Source of the DNA: a phage
Length of the DNA stretch: 64,000 bases
Sequence record: OZ335958.1
Strand: one strand, 5' to 3'
Position 1 is the stretch's first letter. Every line of letters begins with the position of its first letter. The notes under the pieces were generated by a model that did not search any database, was not told the origin of the DNA, and was given only the letters and a program-made list of their open reading frames with translations. The position numbers and the translations under genes are program-made. Below, in pieces: positions 45,896 through 57,907 of this stretch.

Positions 45896-47606
45896 TAACC
45901 TTAATTGGTTTGTTGGTGTTGTTGAAGATAGAATGGACCCATTAAAATTAGGTCGTGTTCGTGTTCGTGTAGTTGGTCTGCATCCACCTCAAAGAGCACA
46001 AGGCGACGTAATGGGTATTCCAACTGATAAATTACCATGGATGTCAGTTATTCAACCTATAACTTCTGCAGCAATGTCTGGAATTGGAGGCTCCGTTACT
46101 GGTCCGGTAGAAGGAACTAGAGTCTATGGTCATTTTTTAGACAAATGGAAAACTAACGGAATTGTCCTTGGCACGTATGGTGGAATAGTTCGCGAAAAAC
46201 CTAATAGACTTGAAGGATTTTCTGATCCGACTGGACAGTATCCTAGACGTCTAGGAAATGATACTAACGTATTAAACCAAGGCGGAGAAGTAGGATATGA
46301 TTCGTCTTCTAATATTATCCAAGATAGCAATCTAGACACTGCGATAAATCCTGATGATAGACCGCTATCAGAAATTCCAACTGATGATAATCCAAATATG
46401 TCAATGGCTGAAATGCTTCGCCGCGATGAAGGATTAAGACTAAAAGTTTATTGGGATACTGAAGGATATCCGACAATTGGTATTGGTCATCTTATCATGA
46501 AGCAGCCAGTGCGTGATATGACCCAAATTAATAAAGTTTTATCAAAACAAGTTGGTCGTGAAATTACCGGAAATCCAGGTTCTATTACAATGGAAGAATC
46601 GGTAACTTTATTTGAACGCGATTTGGCTGATATGCAACGTGACATTAAATCACATTCTAAAGTTGGCCCAGTTTGGCAAGCAGTTAATCGTTCTCGTCAA
46701 ATGGCATTAGAAAATATGGCATTTCAGATGGGCGTTGGCGGTGTAGCTAAATTTAACACAATGTTAACTGCTATGTTAGCCGGAGATTGGGAAAAGGCAT
46801 ATAAAGCTGGTCGTGATTCATTGTGGTATCAACAAACAAAAGGCCGTGCATCTCGTGTTACCATGATTATTCTTACAGGTAATTTGGAATCATACGGTAT
46901 TGAAGTGAAAACACCGTCTAGGTCTTTGTCAGCAATGGCTGCTACTGTAGCAAAGTCTTCTGATCCAGCTGACCCTCCTATTCCGAATGATTCGAGAATT
47001 TTATTTAAAGAACCTGTTTCTTCATATAAAGGTGAATATCCGTATGTTCATACAATGGAAACTGAAAGCGGTCATATTCAGGAATTTGATGATACCCCTG
47101 GGCAAGAACGATACAGATTAGTTCATCCGACTGGAACATATGAGGAAGTATCACCCTCAGGAAGAAGAACAAGAAAAACTGTTGATAATTTGTATGATAT
47201 AACAAATGCTGATGGTAATTTTTTGGTAGCCGGTGATAAAAAGACTAACGTCGGTGGGTCAGAAATTTATTACAACATGGATAATCGTCTCCACCAAATA
47301 GATGGAAGCAATACAATATTTGTACGTGGCGATGAAACTAAGACGGTTGAAGGTAATGGAACTATCCTAGTCAAAGGTAATGTTACTATTGTAGTTGAAG
47401 GTAATGCTGACATTACAGTTAAAGGAGATGCTACCACTTTAGTTGAAGGAAATCAGACTAATACAGTAAATGGAAATCTTTCTTGGAAAGTTGCTGGTAC
47501 AGTTGATTGGGACGTTGGTGGTGATTGGACAGAAAAAATGGCATCTATGAGTTCTATTTCATCTGGTCAATACACAATTGATGGATCGAGGATTGACATT
47601 GGCTAA
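45879..47606 (+). CDS. 5: Baseplate hub/central spike with tail lysozyme domain gp5
   Basis: 575 aa; lysozyme-like middle domain (MAEMLRRDEGLRLKVYWDTEGYPTIGIGHL) and C-terminal VxGxxxxx beta-helix repeats. Confidence 0.95.
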   Translation: MEMISNNLNWFVGVVEDRMDPLKLGRVRVRVVGLHPPQRAQGDVMGIPTDKLPWMSVIQPITSAAMSGIGGSVTGPVEGTRVYGHFLDKWKTNGIVLGTYGGIVREKPNRLEGFSDPTGQYPRRLGNDTNVLNQGGEVGYDSSSNIIQDSNLDTAINPDDRPLSEIPTDDNPNMSMAEMLRRDEGLRLKVYWDTEGYPTIGIGHLIMKQPVRDMTQINKVLSKQVGREITGNPGSITMEESVTLFERDLADMQRDIKSHSKVGPVWQAVNRSRQMALENMAFQMGVGGVAKFNTMLTAMLAGDWEKAYKAGRDSLWYQQTKGRASRVTMIILTGNLESYGIEVKTPSRSLSAMAATVAKSSDPADPPIPNDSRILFKEPVSSYKGEYPYVHTMETESGHIQEFDDTPGQERYRLVHPTGTYEEVSPSGRRTRKTVDNLYDITNADGNFLVAGDKKTNVGGSEIYYNMDNRLHQIDGSNTIFVRGDETKTVEGNGTILVKGNVTIVVEGNADITVKGDATTLVEGNQTNTVNGNLSWKVAGTVDWDVGGDWTEKMASMSSISSGQYTIDGSRIDIG

Positions 47607-47640
47607 TATACTTCCAATGAGCGCTGATTTAGGAGAATCC

Positions 47641-48135
47641 ATGGAAGGTTCTTCTATCGACGTCACCTTTACTGCTCAATTAGAAACAGGTGAAACGTTA
47701 GTATCTATAAATATAACTAGTTACGAAGAAACTCCTGGGGTTTTAGTAGAAGAAAATCGTTTATATGGAACGTATGAATCCGTGTTTGGATTCGGAAATG
47801 ATGCGTTGAAATATCGTTTAGATAATGAATTTAAAACCGCTGCTTCATGGGAAGACCTTCCAACTGATTCTAATACTCAGTTATATTTATGGAAAGCTCC
47901 TCAGAACCTCCAGAAGACATTCACTTACGAAGTAACATTAATATATGACTACCAAGAACAAAGTGAATCTGGAGGTTCTGGCAGTAATTCTAGGTCATCT
48001 TCTGATACTACTGAACCAACGGATCCTCCTGCTCCAATAAGAAAAACTCTTGTTAAAAATTACACAAAAACTATAGTTGGAAATTGGAGTCGTTGGGCTA
48101 ATAAATTGAGAAGCTACGTATATGAGAGGCAATAA
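47641..48135 (+). CDS. Hypothetical protein (T4 5.1 position)
   Basis: ORF-track 47578-48135 trimmed to Met preceded by AGGAGAA. Confidence 0.5.
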   Translation: MEGSSIDVTFTAQLETGETLVSINITSYEETPGVLVEENRLYGTYESVFGFGNDALKYRLDNEFKTAASWEDLPTDSNTQLYLWKAPQNLQKTFTYEVTLIYDYQEQSESGGSGSNSRSSSDTTEPTDPPAPIRKTLVKNYTKTIVGNWSRWANKLRSYVYERQ

Positions 48136-48429
48136 ATGTCAGGATTAAGTTATGATAAGTGTGTTACTGCTGGCCATGAAGCATGGCCTCCAACAGTTGT
48201 GAATGCTACACAAAGTAAAGTATTCACTGGAGGAATTGCTGTTCTCGTAGCAGGTGATCCAATTACGGAACATACAGAAATTAAAAAGCCATATGAAACA
48301 CATGGCGGAGTGGCACAACCTAGAACTTCTAAGGTATATGTCACTGGAAAGAAAGCTGTTCAAATGGCTGATCCAATATCATGCGGTGATACTGTGGCTC
48401 AGGCATCATCTAAAGTATTCATTAAATAG
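48136..48429 (+). CDS. 5.4: PAAR-repeat spike tip protein gp5.4
   Basis: 97 aa [43 protein letters not shown]; PAAR-like. Confidence 0.85.
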   Translation: MSGLSYDKCVTAGHEAWPPTVVNATQSKVFTGGIAVLVAGDPITEHTEIKKPYETHGGVAQPRTSKVYVTGKKAVQMADPISCGDTVAQASSKVFIK

Positions 48430-48437
48430 GATTTAAA

Positions 48438-50420
48438 ATGGCAAATACCCCTGTAAATTATCAATTAACAAGAACAGCAAATGCTATTCCCGAGATATTC
48501 GTCGGGGGTACATTTGCTGAAATAAAACAAAACCTCATTGAATGGCTTAATGGCCAAAATGAATTTTTGGATTATGATTTTGAAGGCTCAAGATTAAACG
48601 TTCTGTGTGACCTTTTGGCTTATAATACATTGTACATTCAGCAGTTTGGTAATGCTGCCTTGTATGAAAGCTTTATGCGTACTGCTAATTTGCGTAGTTC
48701 AGTAGTTCAAGCTGCACAAGATAATGGATATTTACCTACTTCAAAATCAGCTGCTCAAACTGAAATTATGCTAACTTGCACAGACGCATTGAATAGAAAT
48801 TACATTACTATTCCTCGCGGTACTCGCTTTTTAGCATATGCAAAAGATACTTCCGTTAATCCTTATAACTTTGTATCTACTGAAGATGTTATTGCTATTC
48901 GCGATAAAAATAACCAATATTTTCCGCGTTTAAAATTAGCCCAGGGGCGTATAGTAAGAACTGAAATCATTTATGATAAATTAACACCTATTATCATTTA
49001 TGACAAAAATATAGATAGAAACCAAGTTAAGCTGTATGTTGATGGAGCAGAATGGATTAACTGGACAAGAAAGTCAATGGTTCATGCTGGTTCTACATCA
49101 ACAATTTACTACATGCGTGAAACTATTGATGGAAATACTGAGTTTTATTTTGGCGAAGGCGAGATTTCTGTTAATGCGGCAGAAGGAGCATTGACTGCTA
49201 ATTATATTGGAGGTCTTAAACCTACCCAGAACTCTACGATTGTTATTGAGTACATCAGTACTAACGGTGCAGATGCGAATGGCGCAGTCGGATTTTCATA
49301 TGCAGATACATTAACAAATATAACTGTCATCAACATTAATGAAAATCCAAACGACGACCCAGATTTTGTTGGAGCAGACGGCGGCGGTGACCCAGAAGAT
49401 ATTGAGCGTATTCGCGAATTGGGTACTATTAAACGCGAAACCCAACAACGCTGCGTAACTGCGACTGATTATGATACATTCGTTTCAGAGAGATTTGGTT
49501 CTATTATTCAAGCAGTTCAGACGTTCACTGATTCTACAAAACCCGGTTATGCATTTATTGCTGCTAAACCTAAATCAGGTCTGTATTTAACTACTGTACA
49601 GCGTGAAGATATTAAAAATTATCTCAAAGACTATAATTTAGCTCCTATTACACCATCAATTATTTCTCCTAATTACCTTTTTATTAAGACTAATTTAAAA
49701 GTCACATATGCTTTAAATAAGCTGCAAGAATCTGAACAGTGGCTTGAAGGTCAAATAATTGATAAAATTGATCGTTATTATACCGAAGACGTAGAAATTT
49801 TTAACTCATCTTTCGCTAAATCTAAGATGTTGACATATGTAGATGATGCAGATCATTCTATCATTGGCTCATCAGCGACAATTCAAATTGTTCGTGAAGT
49901 ACAAAACTTCTATAAAACGCCTGAAGCAGGTATTAAATACAATAATCAAATAAAAGACCGTTCTATGGAATCTAATACGTTTTCATTTAATTCTGGACGA
50001 AAGGTTGTAAATCCTGATACTGGTTTAGAAGAAGATGTATTATATGACGTTCGCATAGTATCAACAGACCGAAATTCTAAAGGAATTGGTAAAGTTATTA
50101 TTGGTCCATTTGCTTCTGGCGATGTTACAGAAAATAAAAACATTCGTCCATATACAGGCAACGATTTTAATAAATTAGCAAATTCTAGTGGACGCGACAA
50201 ATACTATGTTATCGGTGAAATAAATTATCCAGCTGATGTGATTTATTGGAATATCGCTAAAATTAATTTAACATCTGAAAAATTTGAAGTTCAGACTATT
50301 GAATTATATTCTGACCCAACCGATGATGTTATCTTTACTCGCGATGGTTCACTGATTGTATTTGAAAATGACTTACGTCCACAATACTTAACTATCGATT
50401 TGGAGCCTATATCACAATGA
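48438..50420 (+). CDS. 6: Baseplate wedge protein gp6
   Basis: 660 aa; size and sequence as T4 gp6. Confidence 0.9.
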   Translation: MANTPVNYQLTRTANAIPEIFVGGTFAEIKQNLIEWLNGQNEFLDYDFEGSRLNVLCDLLAYNTLYIQQFGNAALYESFMRTANLRSSVVQAAQDNGYLPTSKSAAQTEIMLTCTDALNRNYITIPRGTRFLAYAKDTSVNPYNFVSTEDVIAIRDKNNQYFPRLKLAQGRIVRTEIIYDKLTPIIIYDKNIDRNQVKLYVDGAEWINWTRKSMVHAGSTSTIYYMRETIDGNTEFYFGEGEISVNAAEGALTANYIGGLKPTQNSTIVIEYISTNGADANGAVGFSYADTLTNITVININENPNDDPDFVGADGGGDPEDIERIRELGTIKRETQQRCVTATDYDTFVSERFGSIIQAVQTFTDSTKPGYAFIAAKPKSGLYLTTVQREDIKNYLKDYNLAPITPSIISPNYLFIKTNLKVTYALNKLQESEQWLEGQIIDKIDRYYTEDVEIFNSSFAKSKMLTYVDDADHSIIGSSATIQIVREVQNFYKTPEAGIKYNNQIKDRSMESNTFSFNSGRKVVNPDTGLEEDVLYDVRIVSTDRNSKGIGKVIIGPFASGDVTENKNIRPYTGNDFNKLANSSGRDKYYVIGEINYPADVIYWNIAKINLTSEKFEVQTIELYSDPTDDVIFTRDGSLIVFENDLRPQYLTIDLEPISQ

Positions 50421-53400
50421 CAGTAAAAGCACCTTCAGTCACTAGTCTCAGAATTTCCAAGTTATCCGCAAATCAGGTGCAAGTACGCTGGGATGACGTT
50501 GGTGCTAATTTCTACTATTTTGTAGAAATCGCTGAGACAAAAACAAACTCGGGGGGAAATCTCCCGAGTAATCAATACCAATGGATTAACTTAGGATATA
50601 CTGCAAATAACAGCTTCTTTTTTGATAATGCTAATCCATTGACATCGTACATTATTAGAGTAGCTACAGCTGCGCAGGATTTTGAGCAATCTGATTGGAT
50701 TTATACCGAAGAGTTTGAAACTTTTGCTACAAACGCTTATACATTTCAAAACATGATTGAAATGCAATTAGCTAATAAATTCATTCAGGAAAAATTTACT
50801 CTTAATAATTCTGACTATGTTAATTTTAATAATGACACTATAATGGCTGCATTGATGAATGAATCATTCCAATTCAGCCCATCATATGCTGATGTTTCAT
50901 CAATAAGTAATTTTATTATTGGTGAAAATGAGTATCATGAAATACAAGGTTCTATTCAGCAAGTATGTAAGGATATTAACCGAGTTTATTTGATGGAATC
51001 AGAAGGGATTCTATATCTTTTTGAGCGCTATCAGCCTGTAGTTAAAGTATCCAATGATAAAGGACAAACCTGGAAAGCTGTAAAGCTCTTCAATGACCGT
51101 GTAGGATATCCTTTATCTAAGACTGTATATTACCAATCTGCGAGCACAACATATGTTCTAGGATACGACAAGATTTTCTATGGCCGCAAATCTACTGATG
51201 TTAGATGGTCAGCTGATGATGTCAGATTTAGTTCGCAGGACATAACATTCGCTAAACTTGGTGATCAACTTCATTTGGGATTTGATGTTGAAATCTTTGG
51301 TACTTATGCTACATTACCTGCAAATGTGTATCGTATAGCTGAAGCTATTACTTGCACCGATGATTACATTTACGTTGTCGCCAGAGACAAAGTTAGATAT
51401 ATAAAAACGAGCAATGCACCTATAGATTCTGATCCATTATCTCCAACATATTCAGAAAGGCTATTTGAACCTGATACAATGACTATAACTGGAAATCCTA
51501 AAGCAGTATGCTATAAAATGGATTCTATTGGTGATAAAGTTTTTGCTCTTATTATCGGTGAAGTTGAAACATTAAATGCTAATCCTAGAACGTCAAAAAT
51601 AATTGATTCTGCTGATAAAGGAATATATGTTTTAAATCATGACACAAAAACGTGGAAAAGAGTTTTTGGCAACACTGAAGAAGAAAGAAGACGTATTCAA
51701 CCTGGGTATGCGAATATGTCAACTGATGGTAAATTAGTTTCTCTATCTTCGAGTAATTTTAAATTTTTAAGTGATAATATTGTTAATGACCCTGAAACTA
51801 TAGCAAAATATCAGTTAATCGGTGCCGTTAAATATGAATTTCCTCGTGAATGGTTAGCTGATAAGCATTATCATATGATGGCATTTATAGCAGATGAAAA
51901 GTCTGATTGGGAAACCTTTGCTCCACAACCAATGAAATATTATGCTGAACCTTTCTTTAACTGGTCTAAAAAGTCTAATACACGGTGCTGGATAAACAAC
52001 TCTAATAGGGCTGTGGTAGTTTATGCAGATTTAAAATATACTAAAGTTATTGAAAATTTTCCAGAAACATCGCCAGATAGATTAGTTCATGAATACTGGG
52101 ATGACGGCGATTGCACTATAGTAATGCCAAACGTTAAATTCACGGGATTTAAAAAATATGCGTCTGGGATGCTTTTTTATAAATCCTCTGGTGAAATAAT
52201 TTCTTATTATGATTTTAACTATCGAGTGAGAGACACGGTTGAAATAATTTGGAAGCCAACTGGAATATTTTTAAAAGCATTTTTACAAAACCAAGAGCAT
52301 GAAACTCCTTGGTCACCAGAAGAAGAGCATGGATTAGCTGACCCTGATTTAAGACCATTGATTGGCACAATGATGCCTGATTCTTATTTACTGCAAGATT
52401 CGAATTTTGAGGCATTTTGCGAAGCATATATTCAGTATCTTTCTGATGGATATGGAACTCAGTATAACAATTTACGAAATTTAATTCGTAACAAATATCC
52501 ACGAGAAGAGCATGCATGGGAATATTTGTGGTCAGAGATATATAAAAGAAACATTTATTTAAATGCTGACAAACGTGATGCTGTTACAAGATTTTTCGAA
52601 TCACGTAGCTATGATTTTTATTCTACTAAAGGAATTGAAGCATCATACAAATTTCTTTTTAAAGTTCTTTATAATGAAGAGGTTGAAATTGAAATCGAAT
52701 CTGGGGCTGGTACTGAATATGATATAATCGTTCAATCTGATTCTTTGACTGAAGACTTAGTAGGACAAACGATTTATACGGCTACGGGAAGATGTAATGT
52801 TACTTATATAGAAAGAAGCTATTCTAATGGTAAATTGCAATGGACCGTAACTATTCATAATCTTTTGGGAAGATTAATTGCTGGTCAAGAAGTTAAAGCA
52901 GAAAGACTTCCGAGTTTTGAAGGCGAAATTATTCGTGGGGTTAAAGGAAAGGATTTGCTTCAAAATAATATAGACTATATTAATAGAAGCCGATCATATT
53001 ATGTAATGAAAATTAAATCCAATTTACCTTCTTCCCGCTGGAAATCTGACGTTATTCGTTTTGTTCATCCAGTAGGATTTGGATTTATAGCAATTACCCT
53101 TTTAACGATGTTTATTAATGTTGGTTTAACTCTTAAACATACAGAGACTATAATTAATAAATATAAAAACTACAAATGGGATTCTGGATTGCCTACTGAA
53201 TATGCTGATAGAGTAGCTAAATTGACTCCAGCTGGTGAAATTGAACATGATTCAGTAACAGGCGAAGCAATTTATGAACCTGGCCCAATGGCTGGTGTAA
53301 AATATCCTCTTCCTGATGACTATAATGCTGAAAATAATAATTCAATATTTCAAGGTCAATTGCCTTCTGAACGACGCAAATTAATGAGTCCTCTATTTGA

Positions 53401-53515
53401 CGCATCTGGAACAACATTTGCACAGTTTAGGGATTTAGTTAATAAACGTCTAAAAGATAATATAGGAAATCCAAGAGACCCTGAAAATCCAACACAGGTT
53501 AAAATAGATGAATGA
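50417..53515 (+). CDS. 7: Baseplate wedge initiator gp7
   Basis: 1032 aa; size/order as T4 gp7. Confidence 0.9.
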   Translation: MTVKAPSVTSLRISKLSANQVQVRWDDVGANFYYFVEIAETKTNSGGNLPSNQYQWINLGYTANNSFFFDNANPLTSYIIRVATAAQDFEQSDWIYTEEFETFATNAYTFQNMIEMQLANKFIQEKFTLNNSDYVNFNNDTIMAALMNESFQFSPSYADVSSISNFIIGENEYHEIQGSIQQVCKDINRVYLMESEGILYLFERYQPVVKVSNDKGQTWKAVKLFNDRVGYPLSKTVYYQSASTTYVLGYDKIFYGRKSTDVRWSADDVRFSSQDITFAKLGDQLHLGFDVEIFGTYATLPANVYRIAEAITCTDDYIYVVARDKVRYIKTSNAPIDSDPLSPTYSERLFEPDTMTITGNPKAVCYKMDSIGDKVFALIIGEVETLNANPRTSKIIDSADKGIYVLNHDTKTWKRVFGNTEEERRRIQPGYANMSTDGKLVSLSSSNFKFLSDNIVNDPETIAKYQLIGAVKYEFPREWLADKHYHMMAFIADEKSDWETFAPQPMKYYAEPFFNWSKKSNTRCWINNSNRAVVVYADLKYTKVIENFPETSPDRLVHEYWDDGDCTIVMPNVKFTGFKKYASGMLFYKSSGEIISYYDFNYRVRDTVEIIWKPTGIFLKAFLQNQEHETPWSPEEEHGLADPDLRPLIGTMMPDSYLLQDSNFEAFCEAYIQYLSDGYGTQYNNLRNLIRNKYPREEHAWEYLWSEIYKRNIYLNADKRDAVTRFFESRSYDFYSTKGIEASYKFLFKVLYNEEVEIEIESGAGTEYDIIVQSDSLTEDLVGQTIYTATGRCNVTYIERSYSNGKLQWTVTIHNLLGRLIAGQEVKAERLPSFEGEIIRGVKGKDLLQNNIDYINRSRSYYVMKIKSNLPSSRWKSDVIRFVHPVGFGFIAITLLTMFINVGLTLKHTETIINKYKNYKWDSGLPTEYADRVAKLTPAGEIEHDSVTGEAIYEPGPMAGVKYPLPDDYNAENNNSIFQGQLPSERRKLMSPLFDASGTTFAQFRDLVNKRLKDNIGNPRDPENPTQVKIDE

Positions 53516-54512
53516 TTCAAGTGTTATCTATCGTGCGATAGTTACTTCAAAATTTAGAACAGAAAAAATGTTGAATTTTTATAATTCAATTGGGAGTGGT
53601 CCGGATAAAAACACTATCTTTATCACATTTGGAAGATCAGAACCGTGGTCATCAAATGAAAATGAGGTGGGCTTTGCTCCACCTTATCCAACTGATTCTG
53701 TATTGGGTGTAACTGACATGTGGACTCATATGATGGGAACCGTAAAGGTTCTTCCATCTATGCTTGATGCGGTTATTCCTCGTAGAGATTGGGGAGATAC
53801 TAGATATCCGGATCCATACACATTTAGAATTAACGATATTGTAGTGTGTAACTCAGCTCCTTACAATGCTACTGAATCAGGCGCAGGCTGGCTAGTATAT
53901 CGTTGTTTAGATGTTCCTGACACAGGAACATGCTCAATAGCATCTTTGACTGACAAGGATGAATGTATTAAGTTAGGTGGAAAATGGACTCCTTCTGTTA
54001 GGTCAATGACTCCTCCTGAAGGTCGAGGAGACGCGGAAGGAACAATCGAACCTGGAGACGGATATGTTTGGGAATATCTTTTTGAGATTCCGCCTGATGT
54101 ATCTATAAATAGATGCACAAATGAATATATCGTAGTTCCTTGGCCTGAGGAATTAAAAGAAGACCCAACTAGATGGGGGTATGAAGATAATCTCACTTGG
54201 AAACAAGATGATTTTGGATTAATTTATCGCGTTAAGGCAAACACTATACGTTTTAAAGCATATTTAGATTCAGTTTACTTTCCTGATGCTGCATTACCGG
54301 GAAATAAAGGATTTAGACAAATATCAATAATCACCAATCCTCTTGAAGCTAAAGTTCATCCAAATGACCCAAACGTTAAAGCTGAAAAGGATTATTATGA
54401 TCCGGAAGATTTAATGAGGCATTCGGGCGAAATGATTTATATGGAAAATAGGCCACCTATTATCATGGCAATGGATCAAACAGAAGAAATCAATATTCTG
54501 TTTACATTTTAA
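53508..54512 (+). CDS. 8: Baseplate wedge protein gp8
   Basis: 334 aa MNDSSVIYRAIVTSKFRTEKMLNFYNS; T4 gp8. Confidence 0.9.
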   Translation: MNDSSVIYRAIVTSKFRTEKMLNFYNSIGSGPDKNTIFITFGRSEPWSSNENEVGFAPPYPTDSVLGVTDMWTHMMGTVKVLPSMLDAVIPRRDWGDTRYPDPYTFRINDIVVCNSAPYNATESGAGWLVYRCLDVPDTGTCSIASLTDKDECIKLGGKWTPSVRSMTPPEGRGDAEGTIEPGDGYVWEYLFEIPPDVSINRCTNEYIVVPWPEELKEDPTRWGYEDNLTWKQDDFGLIYRVKANTIRFKAYLDSVYFPDAALPGNKGFRQISIITNPLEAKVHPNDPNVKAEKDYYDPEDLMRHSGEMIYMENRPPIIMAMDQTEEINILFTF

Positions 54513-54516
54513 ATTA

Positions 54517-54543
54517 AGGGAGCCCATAGGCTCCCTTTTTTCT
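54517..54543 (+). terminator. Rho-independent terminator after gene 8
   Basis: GGGAGCC-CAUA-GGCUCCC followed by UUUUUUUCUUU. Confidence 0.6.
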
Positions 54544-54544
54544 T

Positions 54545-54552
54545 TATAAATA
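54545..54552 (+). promoter_or_regulatory. Late promoter TATAAATA for gene 9
   Basis: Exact TATAAATA ~25 bp upstream of 54577. Confidence 0.6.
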
Positions 54553-54576
54553 CTATAAACTCATAAGGAAACCGCT

Positions 54577-55443
54577 ATGTTCATTCAAGAACCAAAGAAA
54601 TTGATTGATACCGGCGAAATTGGTAACGCTTCTACTGGTGATATCTTATTCGACGGTGGTAATAAAATTAATAGTGATTTTAACGCAATTTATAATGCGT
54701 TTGGCGATCAGCGCAAAATGGCAGTAGCAAATGGCACTGGAGCAAATGGCCAAATTATCCATGCTACTGGATATTATCAAAAGCACTCTATAGCAGAGTA
54801 TGCAACTCCAGTAAAAGTTGGCACTAGACATGATATTGATACCTCTACTGTAGGTGTTAAAGTTATCATTGAAAAAGGCGAACTTGGCGACTGTGTTGAA
54901 TTTATTAACTCAAATGGGTCAATATCAGTTACTAATCCTTTAACAATTCAGGCTATTGATTCAATCAAAGGTGTTTCGGGTAATTTGGTAGTAACTAGCC
55001 CATATAGTAAAGTTACTTTACGATGTATTTCATCTGATAATTCTACGTCTGTTTGGAATTATTCTATTGAAAGTATGTTTGGCCAAAAGGAATCACCGGC
55101 CGAAGGTACATGGAATATTTCTACGTCTGGATCAGTTGACATTCCGCTATTTCATCGTACTGAATATAATATGGCTAAATTGTTAGTTACATGCCAATCA
55201 GTAGATGGAAGAAAAATTAAAACAGCAGAAATAAATATTCTTGTAGATACTGTTAATTCAGAGGTCATTTCTTCTGAATATGCTGTCATGCGAGTTGGGA
55301 ATGAAACTGAAGAAGACGAAATCGCTAATATTGCATTTAGTATTAAAACAAATTATGTAACAGCGACTATAAGTTCTTCAACTGTCGGTATGAGAGCAGC
55401 AGTTAAAGTTATCGCTACGCAGAAAATCGGGGTGGCTCAATAA
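54577..55443 (+). CDS. 9: Baseplate wedge / long-tail-fibre socket protein gp9
   Basis: 288 aa MFIQEPKKLIDTGEIGNASTGDILFDGGNKINSDFNAIYNAFGDQRK; T4 gp9. Confidence 0.9.
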   Translation: MFIQEPKKLIDTGEIGNASTGDILFDGGNKINSDFNAIYNAFGDQRKMAVANGTGANGQIIHATGYYQKHSIAEYATPVKVGTRHDIDTSTVGVKVIIEKGELGDCVEFINSNGSISVTNPLTIQAIDSIKGVSGNLVVTSPYSKVTLRCISSDNSTSVWNYSIESMFGQKESPAEGTWNISTSGSVDIPLFHRTEYNMAKLLVTCQSVDGRKIKTAEINILVDTVNSEVISSEYAVMRVGNETEEDEIANIAFSIKTNYVTATISSSTVGMRAAVKVIATQKIGVAQ

Positions 55444-57248
55444 TGAAACAAAATATTAATATCGGTAATGTTGTTGATGATGGTACCGGTGACTACCTGC
55501 GTAAAGGTGGTATAAAAATAAATGAAAACTTTGATGAACTTTATTATGAACTCGGTGATGGAGATGTTCCATATTCAGCCGGTGCCTGGAAAACTTATAA
55601 TGCTTCATCTGGTCAAACACTAAAAGCTAAGTGGGGAAAATCATACGCTATTAATACCTCTTCTGGAAGAGTAACTTTACAACTTCCTAAAGGAACTGTT
55701 AATGATTATAATAAAGTAATTAGAGCTAGGGATGTATTTGCAACATGGAACATTAATCCAGTTACTTTAGTAGCTGCTTCTGGAGATACAATTAAAGGGT
55801 CGTCATCGTCAGTTGAAATTAATATTCAATTTAGTGATTTAGAGCTCGTTTATTGCGCACCAGGACGTTGGGAGTATGTCAAAAACAAACAAATTGATAA
55901 AATTATTAGTTCAGATATTAGTAATGTAGCTCGCAAAGAATTTTTAGTAGAAGTTCAAGGACAAACTGACTTTTTAGATATTTTCCGTGGAACTAGTTAT
56001 AATGTTAATAACATAAGAGTAAAACATCGCGGTAACGAATTATATTACGGCGATGTATTTAGTGAAAACAGTGACTTTGGCTCTCCAGGGGAAAATGAAG
56101 GTGAATTAATTCCTCTTGATGGATTTAATATTAGGTTAAGACAGCCTTGTAATATTGGTGACACTGTTCAAATTGAAACATTTATGGATGGTGTATCACA
56201 ATGGAGAAGTTCATATACAAGACGCCAAATAAAAGTACTAGATTCAAAACTAACATCAAAGACTTCTTTAGAAGGAAGCATTTATGTTACTGATTTATCG
56301 GCGATGAAATCAATTCCATTTTCTGCATTTGGATTAATTCCTGGTGAACCCATTAATCCTAATTCTCTTGAGGTTCGTTTTAATGGAATTTTACAGCAGC
56401 AGGCTGGAACAGCTGGATATCCTCTGTTTTTGTGCGAAGGCGCTAATTCAGATACGCAAGAAGGATGTATATCTCTTGGTGGCGAATGGAAAGAATCAAA
56501 CACCGATTATTCTATAGAATATGAAGACGGAAAACCTATCAGTCTTTTATTTGATAGAAAATTTGAATCCGGCGACATTATCGTTATAACATGGTTCAAT
56601 AACGATTTAGGAACTCTTTTAGAAAAAGATGACATCATTGAATTGACTGATGACCGTTATGTTAGCAAAGGATCATCTACCGAGGTTACTGGTGATGTAG
56701 CCTTAACGGATTTTGATAAAATTGGTTGGCCAAATGTTGAAAAAGTTGATTCTTATACTAGAACGTATAATTCAATATCATCTATTTTCGACAGCATTTA
56801 TCCAGTTGGTTCAATTTATGAAAATGCTATAAACCCAAATAATCCAGTGACTTATATGGGATTTGGTTCGTGGAAATTATTTGGTAAAGGACAAGTTTTA
56901 GTAGGATGGAACGATGATGTTACAGATCCAAACTTTGCATTAAACAATAATGATTTAGATTCTAGCGGAAATCCTTCACATACTGCAGGTGGAACAGTTG
57001 GAACAACATCAGTAACGCTTGAAAACGCAAATCTTCCTGCGACTAAAACTGATGAAAGAGTTTTAATTGAAGACGAAAATGGATCAGTTATTATTGGAGG
57101 TTGTCAATATGACCCAGATGAAACTGGTCCTATATATACAAAATATCGTGAAGACTACGCAACAACAAACTCTTCACATACTCCTCCTGCTAATATTAGT
57201 AATATTCAACCATCTATTACTGTATACCGTTGGATAAGGATTGCATAA
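55443..57248 (+). CDS. 10: Baseplate wedge / short-fibre attachment protein gp10
   Basis: 601 aa; N-terminus paralogous to gp9 ([19 protein letters not shown]). Confidence 0.9.
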   Translation: MKQNINIGNVVDDGTGDYLRKGGIKINENFDELYYELGDGDVPYSAGAWKTYNASSGQTLKAKWGKSYAINTSSGRVTLQLPKGTVNDYNKVIRARDVFATWNINPVTLVAASGDTIKGSSSSVEINIQFSDLELVYCAPGRWEYVKNKQIDKIISSDISNVARKEFLVEVQGQTDFLDIFRGTSYNVNNIRVKHRGNELYYGDVFSENSDFGSPGENEGELIPLDGFNIRLRQPCNIGDTVQIETFMDGVSQWRSSYTRRQIKVLDSKLTSKTSLEGSIYVTDLSAMKSIPFSAFGLIPGEPINPNSLEVRFNGILQQQAGTAGYPLFLCEGANSDTQEGCISLGGEWKESNTDYSIEYEDGKPISLLFDRKFESGDIIVITWFNNDLGTLLEKDDIIELTDDRYVSKGSSTEVTGDVALTDFDKIGWPNVEKVDSYTRTYNSISSIFDSIYPVGSIYENAINPNNPVTYMGFGSWKLFGKGQVLVGWNDDVTDPNFALNNNDLDSSGNPSHTAGGTVGTTSVTLENANLPATKTDERVLIEDENGSVIIGGCQYDPDETGPIYTKYREDYATTNSSHTPPANISNIQPSITVYRWIRIA

Positions 57249-57907
57249 TGAGTTTACTTAATAATAAAGCGGGAGTTATTTCCCGCTTAGCGGATTTTCT
57301 TGGTTTTAGAACTAAGAAAAATGATATTTCGGTTATGAATAATCAACCAGTAGGCGCTGTAACAATTTCACAAATATCAAAAGGTTTTTATGATTCAAAT
57401 GTAGAATCTGCTATCAATGATGTTAGAAATATGGCAGAGCAACAGGTTGGAGCTGTATTAGTTAATATAAGTGGCGTATCTCCTACTGGTGTGCAACAAA
57501 CAGATTATTGGTCATTTGAAGGAACTGTTACTGATACTTCAGCAAAACCGGGTGACCCAGTTATTGTTAACATGTTTGGTATTCCAGTTAAAGCTACTAA
57601 TGGAATGACTTCAATTGAATTCACAAGTGCCGTTAGAATAGCTCTACAGGAAATGGTTGTAAAATTTATCGCAATTGATTCATTTGAAGACCATCCTACC
57701 ATAGGAAATAAAATACAAGTTAAGTATTTAGATAACCAAGAACATATCTTAGAACAATACTCTGATAAAGGAATTACTTTCAAACAAGAAATAATTTCTC
57801 CTTCTAAACCTGGGTATGGAACTTGGCAATTATTAGGTGCGCAAACTGTTACGCTAGATAGTCACACACAACCTACAGTATTTTATTATTTTGAGAGAAT
57901 AGCATGA
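57248..57907 (+). CDS. 11: Baseplate wedge protein gp11
   Basis: ORF-track 57230-57907 trimmed to MSLLNNKAG (TAATG junction with gene 10) giving 219 aa as in T4. Confidence 0.85.
   Translation: MSLLNNKAGVISRLADFLGFRTKKNDISVMNNQPVGAVTISQISKGFYDSNVESAINDVRNMAEQQVGAVLVNISGVSPTGVQQTDYWSFEGTVTDTSAKPGDPVIVNMFGIPVKATNGMTSIEFTSAVRIALQEMVVKFIAIDSFEDHPTIGNKIQVKYLDNQEHILEQYSDKGITFKQEIISPSKPGYGTWQLLGAQTVTLDSHTQPTVFYYFERIA

Noticed and set aside
46130-54196. Minus-strand ORFs inside baseplate genes (46130-46339, 49946-50200, 52215-52517, 53217-53423, 53861-54196, and similar)
   Set aside because: Antisense to long, well-supported late genes; no promoters or ribosome-binding sites.
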